Below are positions 9,693 through 19,431 of a DNA stretch of 64,000 nucleotides, one piece after another. Made by a program: the position numbers and the translations under genes. Below the pieces are notes generated by a model, which did no database searches, was not told where the DNA came from, and worked only from the letters and a program-made list of their open reading frames with translations. Where the stretch lies: contig CAWGPD010000003.1 in the NCBI GenBank assembly GCA_963824385.1, forward strand, positions 259,976 to 323,975. Direction: 5' to 3'. The DNA is from an uncultured Nitrososphaerota archaeon. GTDB lineage: Archaea; Thermoproteota; Nitrososphaeria; Nitrososphaerales; Nitrosopumilaceae. Numbering within the stretch: position 1 is the stretch's first letter; each line of letters starts with the position of its first letter.

Positions 9693-10312
9693 ATCCCATA
9701 AATTGACTTGCCATAGTCATTTTCTATTTTAGAGCTTTTGATGTCTGGTATTGGTGACTGTAATCTTGCAATGGATACATTGATTCCTATTTTTTTGCAA
9801 CCATCCACGATAAACTTTTCCTGATGCACTTGGTCATATCCTAGTGCAATAATATCTGGCTTGATTGTTTCAACTGACTTGAAGATATCTCCTTCGTATC
9901 CAACTACGGCATAGTCTACCATTGCAAGTGATCTAACCAAATCTCTGCGAAGCTCCATGTTGTGTAGTGGAATCCTATTCTTCATTTTTTGTGCTGTCTG
10001 ATCTGTTGCAATAACAACAACTAGTACATTGCCAAGATCTTTTGCTGCCTTGAGAGTGTGAATATGTCCCGGATGTATAATGTCAAAAACTCCTCCTGCT
10101 AGAACAACTCGTAATGCATTTCTTCCAAGGTCTGTGAGGTCTTTATTATTTTCAATAAACCCCTTCTCAGTAAGATCCTTTATTCTCTCTTTGATATATT
10201 CTGGATTGAGAGCAAGTTTTTTTCGTATGATTTCAATAGCAGTCTCACCTGAAAGTGCTGCTACAAAAAAAGCTGCGATTATTTCTTTATCGAATGCATC
10301 CAAATCTATCAC
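9689..10312 (-). CDS. ribL: FAD synthase (cytidylyltransferase family)
   Basis: GGVFDIIHPGHIH, PDIIALGYDQ; next to ribK. Confidence 0.85.
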   Translation of the reverse strand: MIDLDAFDKEIIAAFFVAALSGETAIEIIRKKLALNPEYIKERIKDLTEKGFIENNKDLTDLGRNALRVVLAGGVFDIIHPGHIHTLKAAKDLGNVLVVVIATDQTAQKMKNRIPLHNMELRRDLVRSLAMVDYAVVGYEGDIFKSVETIKPDIIALGYDQVHQEKFIVDGCKKIGINVSIARLQSPIPDIKSSKIENDYGKSIYGI

Positions 10313-10350
10313 TAAAGCGAAACTATTACAATTTGATTTATCTATAAACT

Positions 10351-11388
10351 CTATGCCCAGGGATCTATTCCTTTTGAGAGGCGTAGGGCATCCATTAGGC
10401 CCTCAGCATATCCAATACTTAGCACTGCAAGTTCCTCTTTTCCTTCCTTTTGGAATTTTTCAGCGTCATCAATGTATAATTGGGCATTTTCAATAACTGG
10501 TTTGAGACTCTTGTCGTCTTTGAACATCCTTACAACTTGTTCAAGTGCCTTTCTTGCTTTTGGGATATATTTTGATAACATCTGGTCTGATATTTTTTGA
10601 ATCTTTGATGAATTATCAAATGGCTCATCCAGACACTTTGAAAATATCTTGATTGCATCTTGTTCTGTAAAGTGTAGTCTTCCAGGAATTATGATGGTAT
10701 GTGGAGGTTTATCAAAATCTGTCTTCAAAAGTGTAGATAATTTTCCTGATATTATTTCCTGATTCTTTGCACCAATTCTTGACGCAACTATGGCAAATGT
10801 GGATTCATCAATTACATTTCGTCTCTCGCCGTTTTCTGTCTTGAGTAGACTAGTTAACGCATCTTTTGGATCTAAAAAGAAATTTGAACTGTTATCGTAT
10901 TCTAATATCAATAAACTATGACTTCCCTTGACCAAGTTCTCGTAAATTGTATAGTATACAGTACTCAGTGAGGGTAATTCTCTCATTATAGTCACAGGCC
11001 TTCCAACCTTGTAATGGTGCAGTCCACATTCTCCTATTAGAGATGTAATTGCAGATGCTCCGTGAATTGTCTTTGTCTTGATCTTTTCAGTCTCTGCCCT
11101 TGTTCTCAACTCTAGATGAGTTGTCGCCACGTATGGATCCCCATAAGCAAGTAATACGACATTTTTCTTTTTAGCAAGCAACAAAATGGCTTTGCCATCT
11201 TCAACCATCCATCTTGGAGCTATTGTTAATTTTCCTTTAACTAGTTTTTTTATTTTTAATACCTCTGATTTTCCTATTGGACTTGTAAAAATTTCAAAGT
11301 ATGTCATGTCTGCTTTTTTTAAAACCTGTATGGCATTTGCGCTAATGCCATCTAATCCTGAAATGCCTAGTCCTACAAACCATAACAT
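10351..11388 (-). CDS. dph5: Diphthine synthase fused to C-terminal DUF357
   Basis: MLWFVGLG start, GDPYVATTH, PPHTIIIPG; C-terminal YIDDAEKF...SIGYAEGLMDAL. Confidence 0.92.
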   Translation of the reverse strand: MLWFVGLGISGLDGISANAIQVLKKADMTYFEIFTSPIGKSEVLKIKKLVKGKLTIAPRWMVEDGKAILLLAKKKNVVLLAYGDPYVATTHLELRTRAETEKIKTKTIHGASAITSLIGECGLHHYKVGRPVTIMRELPSLSTVYYTIYENLVKGSHSLLILEYDNSSNFFLDPKDALTSLLKTENGERRNVIDESTFAIVASRIGAKNQEIISGKLSTLLKTDFDKPPHTIIIPGRLHFTEQDAIKIFSKCLDEPFDNSSKIQKISDQMLSKYIPKARKALEQVVRMFKDDKSLKPVIENAQLYIDDAEKFQKEGKEELAVLSIGYAEGLMDALRLSKGIDPWA

Positions 11389-11428
11389 GAAACAAAACTC
11401 CATTCGCTCTATATTTTGAGACTTCGTT

Positions 11429-12571
11429 TTAGGATTTTGCAGGAGTGCTTTTGAATTCATGTAGTCTCTTTAGATGAGATAACATCCTCTTGAAGACCTC
11501 TACACTTCTTAGAAATTCATCAGTTGATACTCTTTCATCAATTGTATGTGATGCATGAGGATCTCCTGGACCATATGTAACAACTGGAATGTTTAGGGAA
11601 TTTCCTATAATATTCATGTCTCCTGTGCCTGTCTTTCGAATTAATTGTGGTCTTGCTTTTTCTACATCCATTATTCCAAGTGTTAGTGCCCTGACAAGTG
11701 GAGAATTATGTGGCGCCTCAAATGGCTCAGTTTCATCTATTACAGAATAAAATGCATTGACTCCTTGTTTTTTTGCTATATCCTGAACTGTAGTTGCAAT
11801 TCTTTCTCCAACAATTTTACAATTCATGTTTACAGGAATTCTGATATCCATTATTGCATCGCATTCTAATGGTGTTACATTGTGACTAGTACCTCCTTTA
11901 ATTTCAGTCAGTGACGACGTAAGCATCATGCTCTTTGCCATGCCTTCTTGGTTCTCTTCTAATGATTTTTTTAGTGCTGCTGTAAAGATATACGACTCTT
12001 CAATTGCGTTTTTTGCAAGCCATGGTGCACTGGCATGTGCACTGTCTCCTACATTTACTCTCAAGTTTATTGCAATTCTTCCCTTGTATGCAATTGTGAT
12101 ATTTTTAATTCCACTTGGCTCTCCAAATACTGCATAATCTATTGCTGGTTTTTGTTTTACTAGGCTCTTGATTCCAGTTGCATTTCCTTCTTCGTCTACT
12201 ACTGCTGCAAATGTTATTGTTCCATTGTTCTCAGGTTGAACGGAAGATGTTGCAAGAAGCATTGCAATTAACGGTGCCTTGGCATCCGATGCACCTCTTC
12301 CATAAATGAATCCATTTTCACTTCTTACTTTTATTTTTCCTGGGACCGTATCCATGTGTCCGCATAACATTATTCTTGGATAACCCGAACCTTTGGTGGC
12401 AATTAGATTTCCTACGTCATCTATGCGAACATCTTCAAACCCAAAATCATCACACTTGTCTGCCAAAAACTCTGCAAGCGGTTTTTCTGCAAGAGATGGT
12501 GTATAAAGCCTTAGAGCCTTTTCTAGTGTCTTTACTGCGTACCTTGGGGTGTTTATAATCGAAGAGTCCAA
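11429..12571 (-). CDS. lysK: [LysW]-lysine/[LysW]-ornithine hydrolase (M20)
   Basis: GHMDTVPG, GRGASDAKA, DEE, GEPS, TGTGDMN, YGPGD. Confidence 0.9.
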   Translation of the reverse strand: MDSSIINTPRYAVKTLEKALRLYTPSLAEKPLAEFLADKCDDFGFEDVRIDDVGNLIATKGSGYPRIMLCGHMDTVPGKIKVRSENGFIYGRGASDAKAPLIAMLLATSSVQPENNGTITFAAVVDEEGNATGIKSLVKQKPAIDYAVFGEPSGIKNITIAYKGRIAINLRVNVGDSAHASAPWLAKNAIEESYIFTAALKKSLEENQEGMAKSMMLTSSLTEIKGGTSHNVTPLECDAIMDIRIPVNMNCKIVGERIATTVQDIAKKQGVNAFYSVIDETEPFEAPHNSPLVRALTLGIMDVEKARPQLIRKTGTGDMNIIGNSLNIPVVTYGPGDPHASHTIDERVSTDEFLRSVEVFKRMLSHLKRLHEFKSTPAKS

Positions 12572-12574
12572 TTT

Positions 12575-13423
12575 CTATTTTCTCAACTGCATTGCGTAAT
12601 CAATCATCATTGCTGGTATATTTACGCCAGTAACTCTGACAGTATTTTTGTATTCCGTTGTATTGTTAACTTCATGAACAACAAGGCCATTTTCCTTACT
12701 TTCCATCAGATCTACTCCTACAATCTGTCCGTGAACTGCCTCTTTTGCCTTGACGCAAATATCTTCTAGTTCTTTTGTAACTTTTAACTCTTCTGCCCTA
12801 CCGCCAAGCGCCATGTTTGTTTTCCACTGGGTTTCTCCAGAATAACGGTAAATTGCAGCAACAACTTTGTCTCCTACAACTATAGCTCTGATATCTCGAG
12901 GAGGTCTGTTGACAAATTCTTCCAAATAATATACTTGGTAAATTGGATACATGGTCTCTCTACTTTCTATAATTGCCTCTGCAGATTCCTTGTCTTTTAG
13001 CATTGCAATCATTCTTCCCCAGCTGCCAACAGTTGGTTTTATGACCATTGGATATCCTTTCTTGTCAAGAAGTTCTAATGCCGCTTCTTGTGAAAATGCT
13101 ACTGCACTAAACGGTGTAGGTATTCCTTTTTTTAGCAAAAGCATGTGAGTAAATAATTTGTTTCCTGCAAATATACTAGTGTTCAAAGAATTAATTACAT
13201 TGACTCCTTTTCCTTCAAGAGCTGCAGTAGAATGGAGACTACGATAGTAACTAACACATCTTTGTATTACAGTTCCATAATCTTCTGGACTTTTATCTAA
13301 ACTAATGGACAGATTCTTACAGTCCACCATCTTTGCATCTATGCCCTTTTCTTTTGCGGCATCAAATAGTGCTTTTTCTTCCCACCTGATGGTATCGTAG
13401 AGAATCGATAAACCTGAGCTCAC
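12575..13423 (-). CDS. lysX: LysX-family ATP-grasp ligase (alpha-aminoadipate-LysW ligase by context)
   Basis: KPTVGSWGR, RDIR, WKTNMALGG, EVNNTTEY; flanked by hcs, lysW and lysK. Confidence 0.9.
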   Translation of the reverse strand: MSSGLSILYDTIRWEEKALFDAAKEKGIDAKMVDCKNLSISLDKSPEDYGTVIQRCVSYYRSLHSTAALEGKGVNVINSLNTSIFAGNKLFTHMLLLKKGIPTPFSAVAFSQEAALELLDKKGYPMVIKPTVGSWGRMIAMLKDKESAEAIIESRETMYPIYQVYYLEEFVNRPPRDIRAIVVGDKVVAAIYRYSGETQWKTNMALGGRAEELKVTKELEDICVKAKEAVHGQIVGVDLMESKENGLVVHEVNNTTEYKNTVRVTGVNIPAMMIDYAMQLRK

Positions 13424-13584
13424 TGGCCCCAGTCCTCACCAACAGTTTGTGCTGGTTTTAGATCTAAGCCGGCAGAACCTTTGACAAGTTCAAAACTTGC
13501 ACCACAGTCTGGACAGGTTACTATCTCTCCTTCCATGGAATCCTTTGGAGGGTTGATGTTTGCATCACATTCTAGACATTTCAT
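13420..13584 (-). CDS. lysW: LysW-type amino-group carrier protein, copy 1 (54 aa, ends EDWGQ)
   Basis: Translated by hand: MKCLECDANINPPKDSMEGEIVTCPDCGASFELVKGSAGLDLKPAQTVGEDWGQ; two CxxC; GTGA overlap with lysX; absent from ORF track. Confidence 0.93.
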   Translation of the reverse strand: MKCLECDANINPPKDSMEGEIVTCPDCGASFELVKGSAGLDLKPAQTVGEDWGQ

Positions 13585-13585
13585 A

Positions 13586-14776
13586 TTATTTTCCTGTTTT
13601 TTCCTTCAGTTCTTTGACATTAATTATCTTTTGTTCGAGTCTATCGTCAAGGGGTATCTCTAGAAGGTCTCCCATTCTTAGATTCTTCAAACCTGCTGCT
13701 ACTGATTTTGCATGTTCTTCGTTTTGTTCAAGACCTAGTAATGACATGAGATATGCAGCGCCATTCTTTCCTGCTAGTTCTCCAAATACAATTCTTCTTC
13801 TGTTTCCTACTACTTTGGGCTCGATTGGCTCATAGGCTGCAGGGTTTCTCAAAATTGCAGCCAAGTGAGTTCCTGCTTTGTGTTTATACGCAGTTGGGCC
13901 TACAATTGGCTTTGAATCGTATGGGACAATGGTGGTATACTGTTCAATCAGTCTTGAGAGGTCCATGAGCATGTCTAGTCTAAAGTTATTTGGAGAATTG
14001 TATAGATATGTCAGTGCAACTGCAGTTTCTGCCAATGCTGGTATTCCAGTTCGCTCTCCAATTCCATCAATTGTTGTATGAATCTGATCTGCACCACCAT
14101 CGCATCCAGCTAATGCATTAGCTAATGCAAGTCCAATGTCGTTGTGACAGTGTACATCAAGTGGAGTCTTTATTTCATCACGAATTGACTTTACAAAATT
14201 ATACATTCCATTTGGTCTCATTATTCCAACAGTATCTGGTAGACTGATTCTGTCAACACCTGCTTCTGATATTGCTTTACACACTTGCATTAGAAATTCT
14301 GGGTCTGCTCTGGAACCGTCCTCTACAGTAAATCTCATCTTCAGGCCATGTGCTTTTGCATATTCTACAGTTTCTACTGATCTTCGCAATGCTTCTTCTC
14401 TTGTAATTCTTAGCTTGTCTTTCATATGAATTTCAGAAATACCAAGATAAGTTGCCATCCATGTTGCATCACAATCAATTGCCACATCGACATCTGTTTT
14501 TAATGCACGAACATGAGCAACAATGTCTGCCTTTAATCCTTGTTTGATGATTGTCTTTGTTGCTTCTTTGTGATCAGGTGATACAACAGGTGAAATTTCA
14601 ATTTGATCAACTCCAAAATAATCAAGCATCCATGCAATTTGGATTCTTTGCTTGTTTGAAAAAGTAACTCCAGGATGTTGCTCTCCTTCTCTTAGAGTAC
14701 TGTCAAGTATTCTGATTTTTTTTGGCTTGACACCAATCTCATTATACTTGTATGCGTAATAGTTTGCGTCGTCCAT
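13586..14776 (-). CDS. Homocitrate synthase (LeuA/DRE-TIM family)
   Basis: LDSTLREGEQ, HCHNDIGLA, GIGERTG; located in lysine cluster. Confidence 0.85.
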   Translation of the reverse strand: MDDANYYAYKYNEIGVKPKKIRILDSTLREGEQHPGVTFSNKQRIQIAWMLDYFGVDQIEISPVVSPDHKEATKTIIKQGLKADIVAHVRALKTDVDVAIDCDATWMATYLGISEIHMKDKLRITREEALRRSVETVEYAKAHGLKMRFTVEDGSRADPEFLMQVCKAISEAGVDRISLPDTVGIMRPNGMYNFVKSIRDEIKTPLDVHCHNDIGLALANALAGCDGGADQIHTTIDGIGERTGIPALAETAVALTYLYNSPNNFRLDMLMDLSRLIEQYTTIVPYDSKPIVGPTAYKHKAGTHLAAILRNPAAYEPIEPKVVGNRRRIVFGELAGKNGAAYLMSLLGLEQNEEHAKSVAAGLKNLRMGDLLEIPLDDRLEQKIINVKELKEKTGK

Positions 14777-14800
14777 TCTCCTTTTTCTTTGAGTTTTGCA

Positions 14801-14890
14801 AATATAAACATATTCGTACAGAATTCGTCTAGTTTTGTTGTTTTTGAAACGATTTTAGGCGGTTTTCGAGACTCTATAACGAAATTCGTT
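14801..14890 (-). promoter_or_regulatory. hcs-lysW-lysX-lysK promoter: TATA box plus three phased Lrp/LysM-like boxes
   Basis: TTTATATT (minus strand, 14801-14808); boxes TACAGAATTCGTC 14817-14829, AACGATTTTAGGC 14848-14860, AACGAAATTCGTT 14878-14890. Confidence 0.65.
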
Positions 14891-15310
14891 TTATGTGACT
14901 GTACGCAATATGATTACAGTATTTGTATCAAATACCCCAGGAACCTTTCGTAATTCATCTATGCATACGTTGATGTCTGTAATTGTCGGTGCTCTAATTA
15001 TAGTAGCAATGTCATACTGACCTGTTATCTCAAACACTGTGTGCACTCCATGTAGTTTAGAAAGTTTTGCAGATACTTTGGATGTATCAGTTGATGAATC
15101 CACTGAGATTAAAATTATTGCACTAGTTGAATTTGCATCGCCTGTCTCGATTGTAAATTTCTTGATAGTTCCACCATCTGTTAAATTTTTAACTCTTCTT
15201 CTTACTGCAGACTCTGATAGTCCTAATTTTTCACCAATTTCTACAAAGGACTGTCTAGAGTCTTTTTTTAGCATCTCAATTATTGTTTCATCTGTCTTGT
15301 CTCTAGACAT
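14891..15310 (-). CDS. lysM: Lrp/AsnC-family regulator LysM
   Basis: DSRQSFVEIG..LGLSESAVRRRV HTH, GQYDI RAM domain; position in lys cluster. Confidence 0.88.
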   Translation of the reverse strand: MSRDKTDETIIEMLKKDSRQSFVEIGEKLGLSESAVRRRVKNLTDGGTIKKFTIETGDANSTSAIILISVDSSTDTSKVSAKLSKLHGVHTVFEITGQYDIATIIRAPTITDINVCIDELRKVPGVFDTNTVIILRTVT

Positions 15311-16479
15311 TTCTTCTCTGTTCCTCTTTTGTTATTATCATATCTAAAGTTTCTAAAGCCTTGTTTATGTCAGATTCTGATATCACTAGAGGTGGCAATA
15401 GTCTTAGAATATTTTTACCAGAATAAAGCAATAGCAGATTATTTGCAATTCCATCAAACAGTATGTCCTTTACTTCAAACTTCATCTCAACACCAATCAT
15501 CAAACCCTTACCTCTTACCTCTCGAATTATCTTGTGTTTTTCCTTCAGTCTTTCTAGCCCATCTCTGAATATCTTTCCATTTCTTGCTGCATTCTCAACT
15601 AGCTTGTCTTCAGTTAGTGCATCAATTGCACCAATTCCAGCTGCACATGATAATGGGTTACCTCCAAATGTTGATGATTGCTCTCCTTTGCTAATTGTAG
15701 CCAAGATGTCTGGTCTTACCAGAGTTGCACCCATTGGAACACCACCTGCAATTCCTTTTGCAAGGCACATGATATCTGGAACAGTATTCCAGTGTTCACT
15801 TGCCCACATCTTTCCAGTTCTTCCAAGGCCTGCCTGAATTTCATCAAATACTAGAACAATTCCTTTTTCGTCACATAATTTTCTGACTTCTTGCAAAAAT
15901 CCATCTGGTGCTACAATGATTCCACTTTCACCTTGGATTGGCTCCAAGATCACCATTGCAGTATCTGCATCCACTGTATTTCGTAACGCTTCGATATCAC
16001 CATAGGATGAAAATTGCACAGTATCAACAAGTGGCTCAAAGGCCTTACGATATTTTTGATTAAATGTAACTGATAGTGCACCTAGTGATTTTCCATGATA
16101 TGATCCGTTCATTGCAACCATTTTCTTCTTTCCTGTGAACTTGCGTGCAAACTTGATTGCAGCTTCTACTGCTTCTGCTCCGCTGTTGTTTAGATATACT
16201 TGACTAAGACTCTTTGGAGAAATCTTTATCAGTTTTTCAAGAAACTCTTCTCTAGTTTTATTGTATAATGAGCTGATGTACTGTAATGATTTTGTCAAGT
16301 TGAGCCTTGATTGCTTTTACTACTCTAGGGTTACAGTGGCCAACTAGTGCAACACCATATCCTCCCATGCAATCAATGTACTCTTTTCCATCTATATCCC
16401 ATACATGAGCTCCTAATCCACGCTCTATTGTTACAGGAAATCTCTGGTAGATATTTCCCATGAATTGATCTTCAGTCAT
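15303..16479 (-). CDS. lysJ: [LysW]-aminoadipate/glutamate semialdehyde transaminase; +1 frameshift near 16274
   Basis: YIDCMGGYGVALVGH N-part; SGAEAVEAAIK, FDEIQAGLGRTG, LAKGIAGG; ATGA overlap with lysZ. Confidence 0.9.
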
Positions 16480-17276
16480 TTTGATATCACCGTACATTTG
16501 TCATGAGCAATTGCTGCTGATATTGGGTTTTCTTTTTTACCATTTGCAATTAATGCCTCTTTGACTCCCATCTCTAATGCCTCTGTTGCAGCAAGTATCT
16601 TTTTTTCCATTCCAAATCCAATCTTTGGCAAGATCTCCTTTGCCTCAGTTAGAGTTAATTTTTCGACCAGCTTCTCATCCATTAGTAATCCATCTACATT
16701 TGTAAGAAATAATATCTTATCTGATTGCATCTTGCCTGCAATGTATGCAGCAGCCCTGTCTCCGTCAACATTGAGAAAATCACACTCTTCGCTAATTGCT
16801 ATTGGTGATATGACTGGAACATATCCTTGGTCTAAAATTGAGCGGATCAATCCTGCATTAACATCCTGTATCTTTCCTGTATATCCACCATCTATTATCA
16901 TCTTGCGACCTTTTTCATTCATGACGATTAATTTCTTTTTTCGTTCTGCTTGGATTATCTTTCCATCTACTCCGGAAAGGCCAACTGCATTAATTCCATG
17001 TTTTTGCAACATCATGACTATCATTTTATTTATCTTTCCAGACATGACCATTGTGAATATCTCTGCAGTCTCTTTATCTGTAAACCTACTTTTGATTCCA
17101 CCTGGGGATACAATGAACTTTTGTTCTTTTCCCAAAGCTTCAGAAATTTTAGTTACTTCTTTTCCTCCACCGTGTACCAAAATTAGTTTCTCTTTTTCTG
17201 AAACTTTTTTCAAGTCTGTTATGGTAGTAGGATGAAGACCATCCACTACACTTCCTCCTATCTTTATTGTAATCAT
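16476..17276 (-). CDS. lysZ: [LysW]-aminoadipate/glutamate kinase
   Basis: IKIGGS, VHGGG, LNVDGDRAA, GMEKK. Confidence 0.92.
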   Translation of the reverse strand: MITIKIGGSVVDGLHPTTITDLKKVSEKEKLILVHGGGKEVTKISEALGKEQKFIVSPGGIKSRFTDKETAEIFTMVMSGKINKMIVMMLQKHGINAVGLSGVDGKIIQAERKKKLIVMNEKGRKMIIDGGYTGKIQDVNAGLIRSILDQGYVPVISPIAISEECDFLNVDGDRAAAYIAGKMQSDKILFLTNVDGLLMDEKLVEKLTLTEAKEILPKIGFGMEKKILAATEALEMGVKEALIANGKKENPISAAIAHDKCTVISK

Positions 17277-17279
17277 TTT

Positions 17280-18332
17280 TTACACAGGAGTTAGTGGAGT
17301 CTGGGCTATTCCTTCAGACTCGTTGAATCCTGCCATGACATTCATGTTTTGAATGGCAGAACCTGCGGCACCCTTCATAAGGTTGTCTGATGCTGATAGA
17401 ACAACAACTCTGTTATTATCTTCGTCAATATCAAATCCAACATCGCAGAAGTTGGAACCTACGACAAACTTTGGATCTGGGAATTTGTAAAATCCTTTCT
17501 TATCACGGATTAGCCTTACGAATCTCTCGTTTTGATATTGTTCACGATATATCTTCCACAAATCCATCTCAGTTAATGGCTGTTTGAGAAATACATGGTT
17601 TGTACACAAAATTCCTCTTACAATATCTACTGCATGAGGACTCATTGATACTTTTATTTTACCACCAGCTGCTTGAGATAATTCTTGTTCAATCTCTCCA
17701 GTGTGTCTGTGCTTTGCTGGTTTGTATGGTCTGATAACACCTGACCTCATGGCATGGTGTGTTCCTGAAAGAGTTCCAGCACCTGCACCTGAAGAACCAA
17801 TCTTTGAATCAACAATAATGTGTTCAGTATCGATAAGATTCTTTTTGATTAAAGGATATAATCCAAGAATTGATGTTACTGCCATACACCCAGGGCATGA
17901 TACTAACTGAGATTTTTTGATCTCTTCTCTGTGTAATTCTGGAACTCCAAAGACTGACTTTTCTAGTAGTTCTGGATGTGGATGTTGCCAACCATACCAT
18001 TTGTCATAATCAGCAGGATTGTGCAATCTGTAATCTGCACTCAAATCAATTACTTTCATTCCTCTGTCGTATAGTGCTTTTACGATATCAACTGCAGTTC
18101 CATGTGGCACTGCAGTAAATACTAGATCACACTTGTCTGTTAATTTATCATAATCAAGTTCTGAAAATGTAAGATCTGTAAATCCTTTCAAACCTGGTTG
18201 AATTCGTGATATGTATTCTCCAGCATATTGTCGTGAAGTCACCATTGAAATTTCTACATGTGGATGACTAACAAGTAATCTGAGAATTTCTCCTCCGACA
18301 TATCCTGATGCTCCAACTACACCTACTTTCAT
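17280..18332 (-). CDS. lysY: [LysW]-aminoadipyl/glutamyl-phosphate reductase
   Basis: GASGYVG, DLSADYR, CPGC, HRHTGEI, DNLMKGAAG. Confidence 0.92.
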   Translation of the reverse strand: MKVGVVGASGYVGGEILRLLVSHPHVEISMVTSRQYAGEYISRIQPGLKGFTDLTFSELDYDKLTDKCDLVFTAVPHGTAVDIVKALYDRGMKVIDLSADYRLHNPADYDKWYGWQHPHPELLEKSVFGVPELHREEIKKSQLVSCPGCMAVTSILGLYPLIKKNLIDTEHIIVDSKIGSSGAGAGTLSGTHHAMRSGVIRPYKPAKHRHTGEIEQELSQAAGGKIKVSMSPHAVDIVRGILCTNHVFLKQPLTEMDLWKIYREQYQNERFVRLIRDKKGFYKFPDPKFVVGSNFCDVGFDIDEDNNRVVVLSASDNLMKGAAGSAIQNMNVMAGFNESEGIAQTPLTPV

Positions 18333-18394
18333 TGATACTCTCCTACCATAACATAGTATAATTTAAACTCTAAAATTTTTTTCAACTGTTGCGA

Positions 18395-19252
18395 TTATCG
18401 CTTGGCATATTTTATTGCATAGTCGATCATTTCTTTTGGGATATTTTTCTTGGCAACTTTTGCCATTCCTTTGAATTCTACTGTATTATTTACTTCATGA
18501 ACTACAAATCCTCGTTTTTCGTCTTCCATGACATCAATACCTAAAATTCCTCCTCCTACAGCCTTTGATGCCTTCATACAAATGTCCTCCAACTCCTTTG
18601 TAATCTCACATGCAATTGGTTCTGCTCCTAGAGCAATGTTTGTCTTAAAACTCCCAGTAGAGGTTCTATACATTGCAGCAATCAACTGGTCACCTACAGA
18701 TATGGCACGGATGTCTCTTGGCGGGCGACTTACCATCTCTTGCAAGTAGTAAATTCTGTCTAATGGCCCATCGTTTAGTTCTCGAACTTCGATAATTGCA
18801 TCTGCAGTCTCTCTATCTCTTAAAGGCACTACGCCTCTTCCCCAGCTACCTATGATTGGTTTTATCACTAGTGGGTATCCTTCCTTATCTAATGTCTCTA
18901 CTGCTGCCTCTGATGAGAATGAAAAGTATGTTTTAGGAGTTGGTACATTGTGTTTCTTTAAGAGAAGTGAAGTAATCATCTTATTTCCACAATTGTTTGC
19001 AACCTCTGTTCTGTTTAATACTGGAATATCTAAAAATTCAAGTGCTGCTGTAAAATGAAGACCACGAAAGTAACTTACACATCTTTCTAAAACGACATCT
19101 CCGAAATCGTAATCGCTTTTTTTACTTTCGGTGGTAAATTGGGTAGTCTTTGCATCAATCATCTTCGTATCGTGTCCAAGCTCGATTGCTTTTTGCTCGA
19201 GCATCTTCTCCTCTAGTCTTACTCTATCAAACACAATTCGAACTTTGGGCAT
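18395..19252 (-). CDS. argX: Second LysX-family ligase (glutamate-LysW ligase, ArgX, by context)
   Basis: KPIIGSWGR, RDIR, FKTNIALG, EVNNTVEF; lies in argG-lysW unit. Confidence 0.8.
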   Translation of the reverse strand: MPKVRIVFDRVRLEEKMLEQKAIELGHDTKMIDAKTTQFTTESKKSDYDFGDVVLERCVSYFRGLHFTAALEFLDIPVLNRTEVANNCGNKMITSLLLKKHNVPTPKTYFSFSSEAAVETLDKEGYPLVIKPIIGSWGRGVVPLRDRETADAIIEVRELNDGPLDRIYYLQEMVSRPPRDIRAISVGDQLIAAMYRTSTGSFKTNIALGAEPIACEITKELEDICMKASKAVGGGILGIDVMEDEKRGFVVHEVNNTVEFKGMAKVAKKNIPKEMIDYAIKYAKR

Positions 19253-19420
19253 TTACTCTCCCCAATCTTCGCCTACTTTTTCTGCATGTTTTAATTCACA
19301 TGCGGCGCCATTTTTGGAAGCAATCTCGAAATCTGCTCCACAATCAGGACACGAGACTATCTCTCCAACACTTGCGTCGTCTGGAATTTTTATTGTTGCA
19401 TCACATTCTGGACAATTCAT
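19253..19420 (-). CDS. lysW: LysW-type carrier protein, copy 2 (55 aa, ends EDWGE)
   Basis: Translated by hand: MNCPECDATIKIPDDASVGEIVSCPDCGADFEIASKNGAACELKHAEKVGEDWGE; absent from ORF track. Confidence 0.95.
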   Translation of the reverse strand: MNCPECDATIKIPDDASVGEIVSCPDCGADFEIASKNGAACELKHAEKVGEDWGE

Positions 19421-19431
19421 ATTTGATCATT

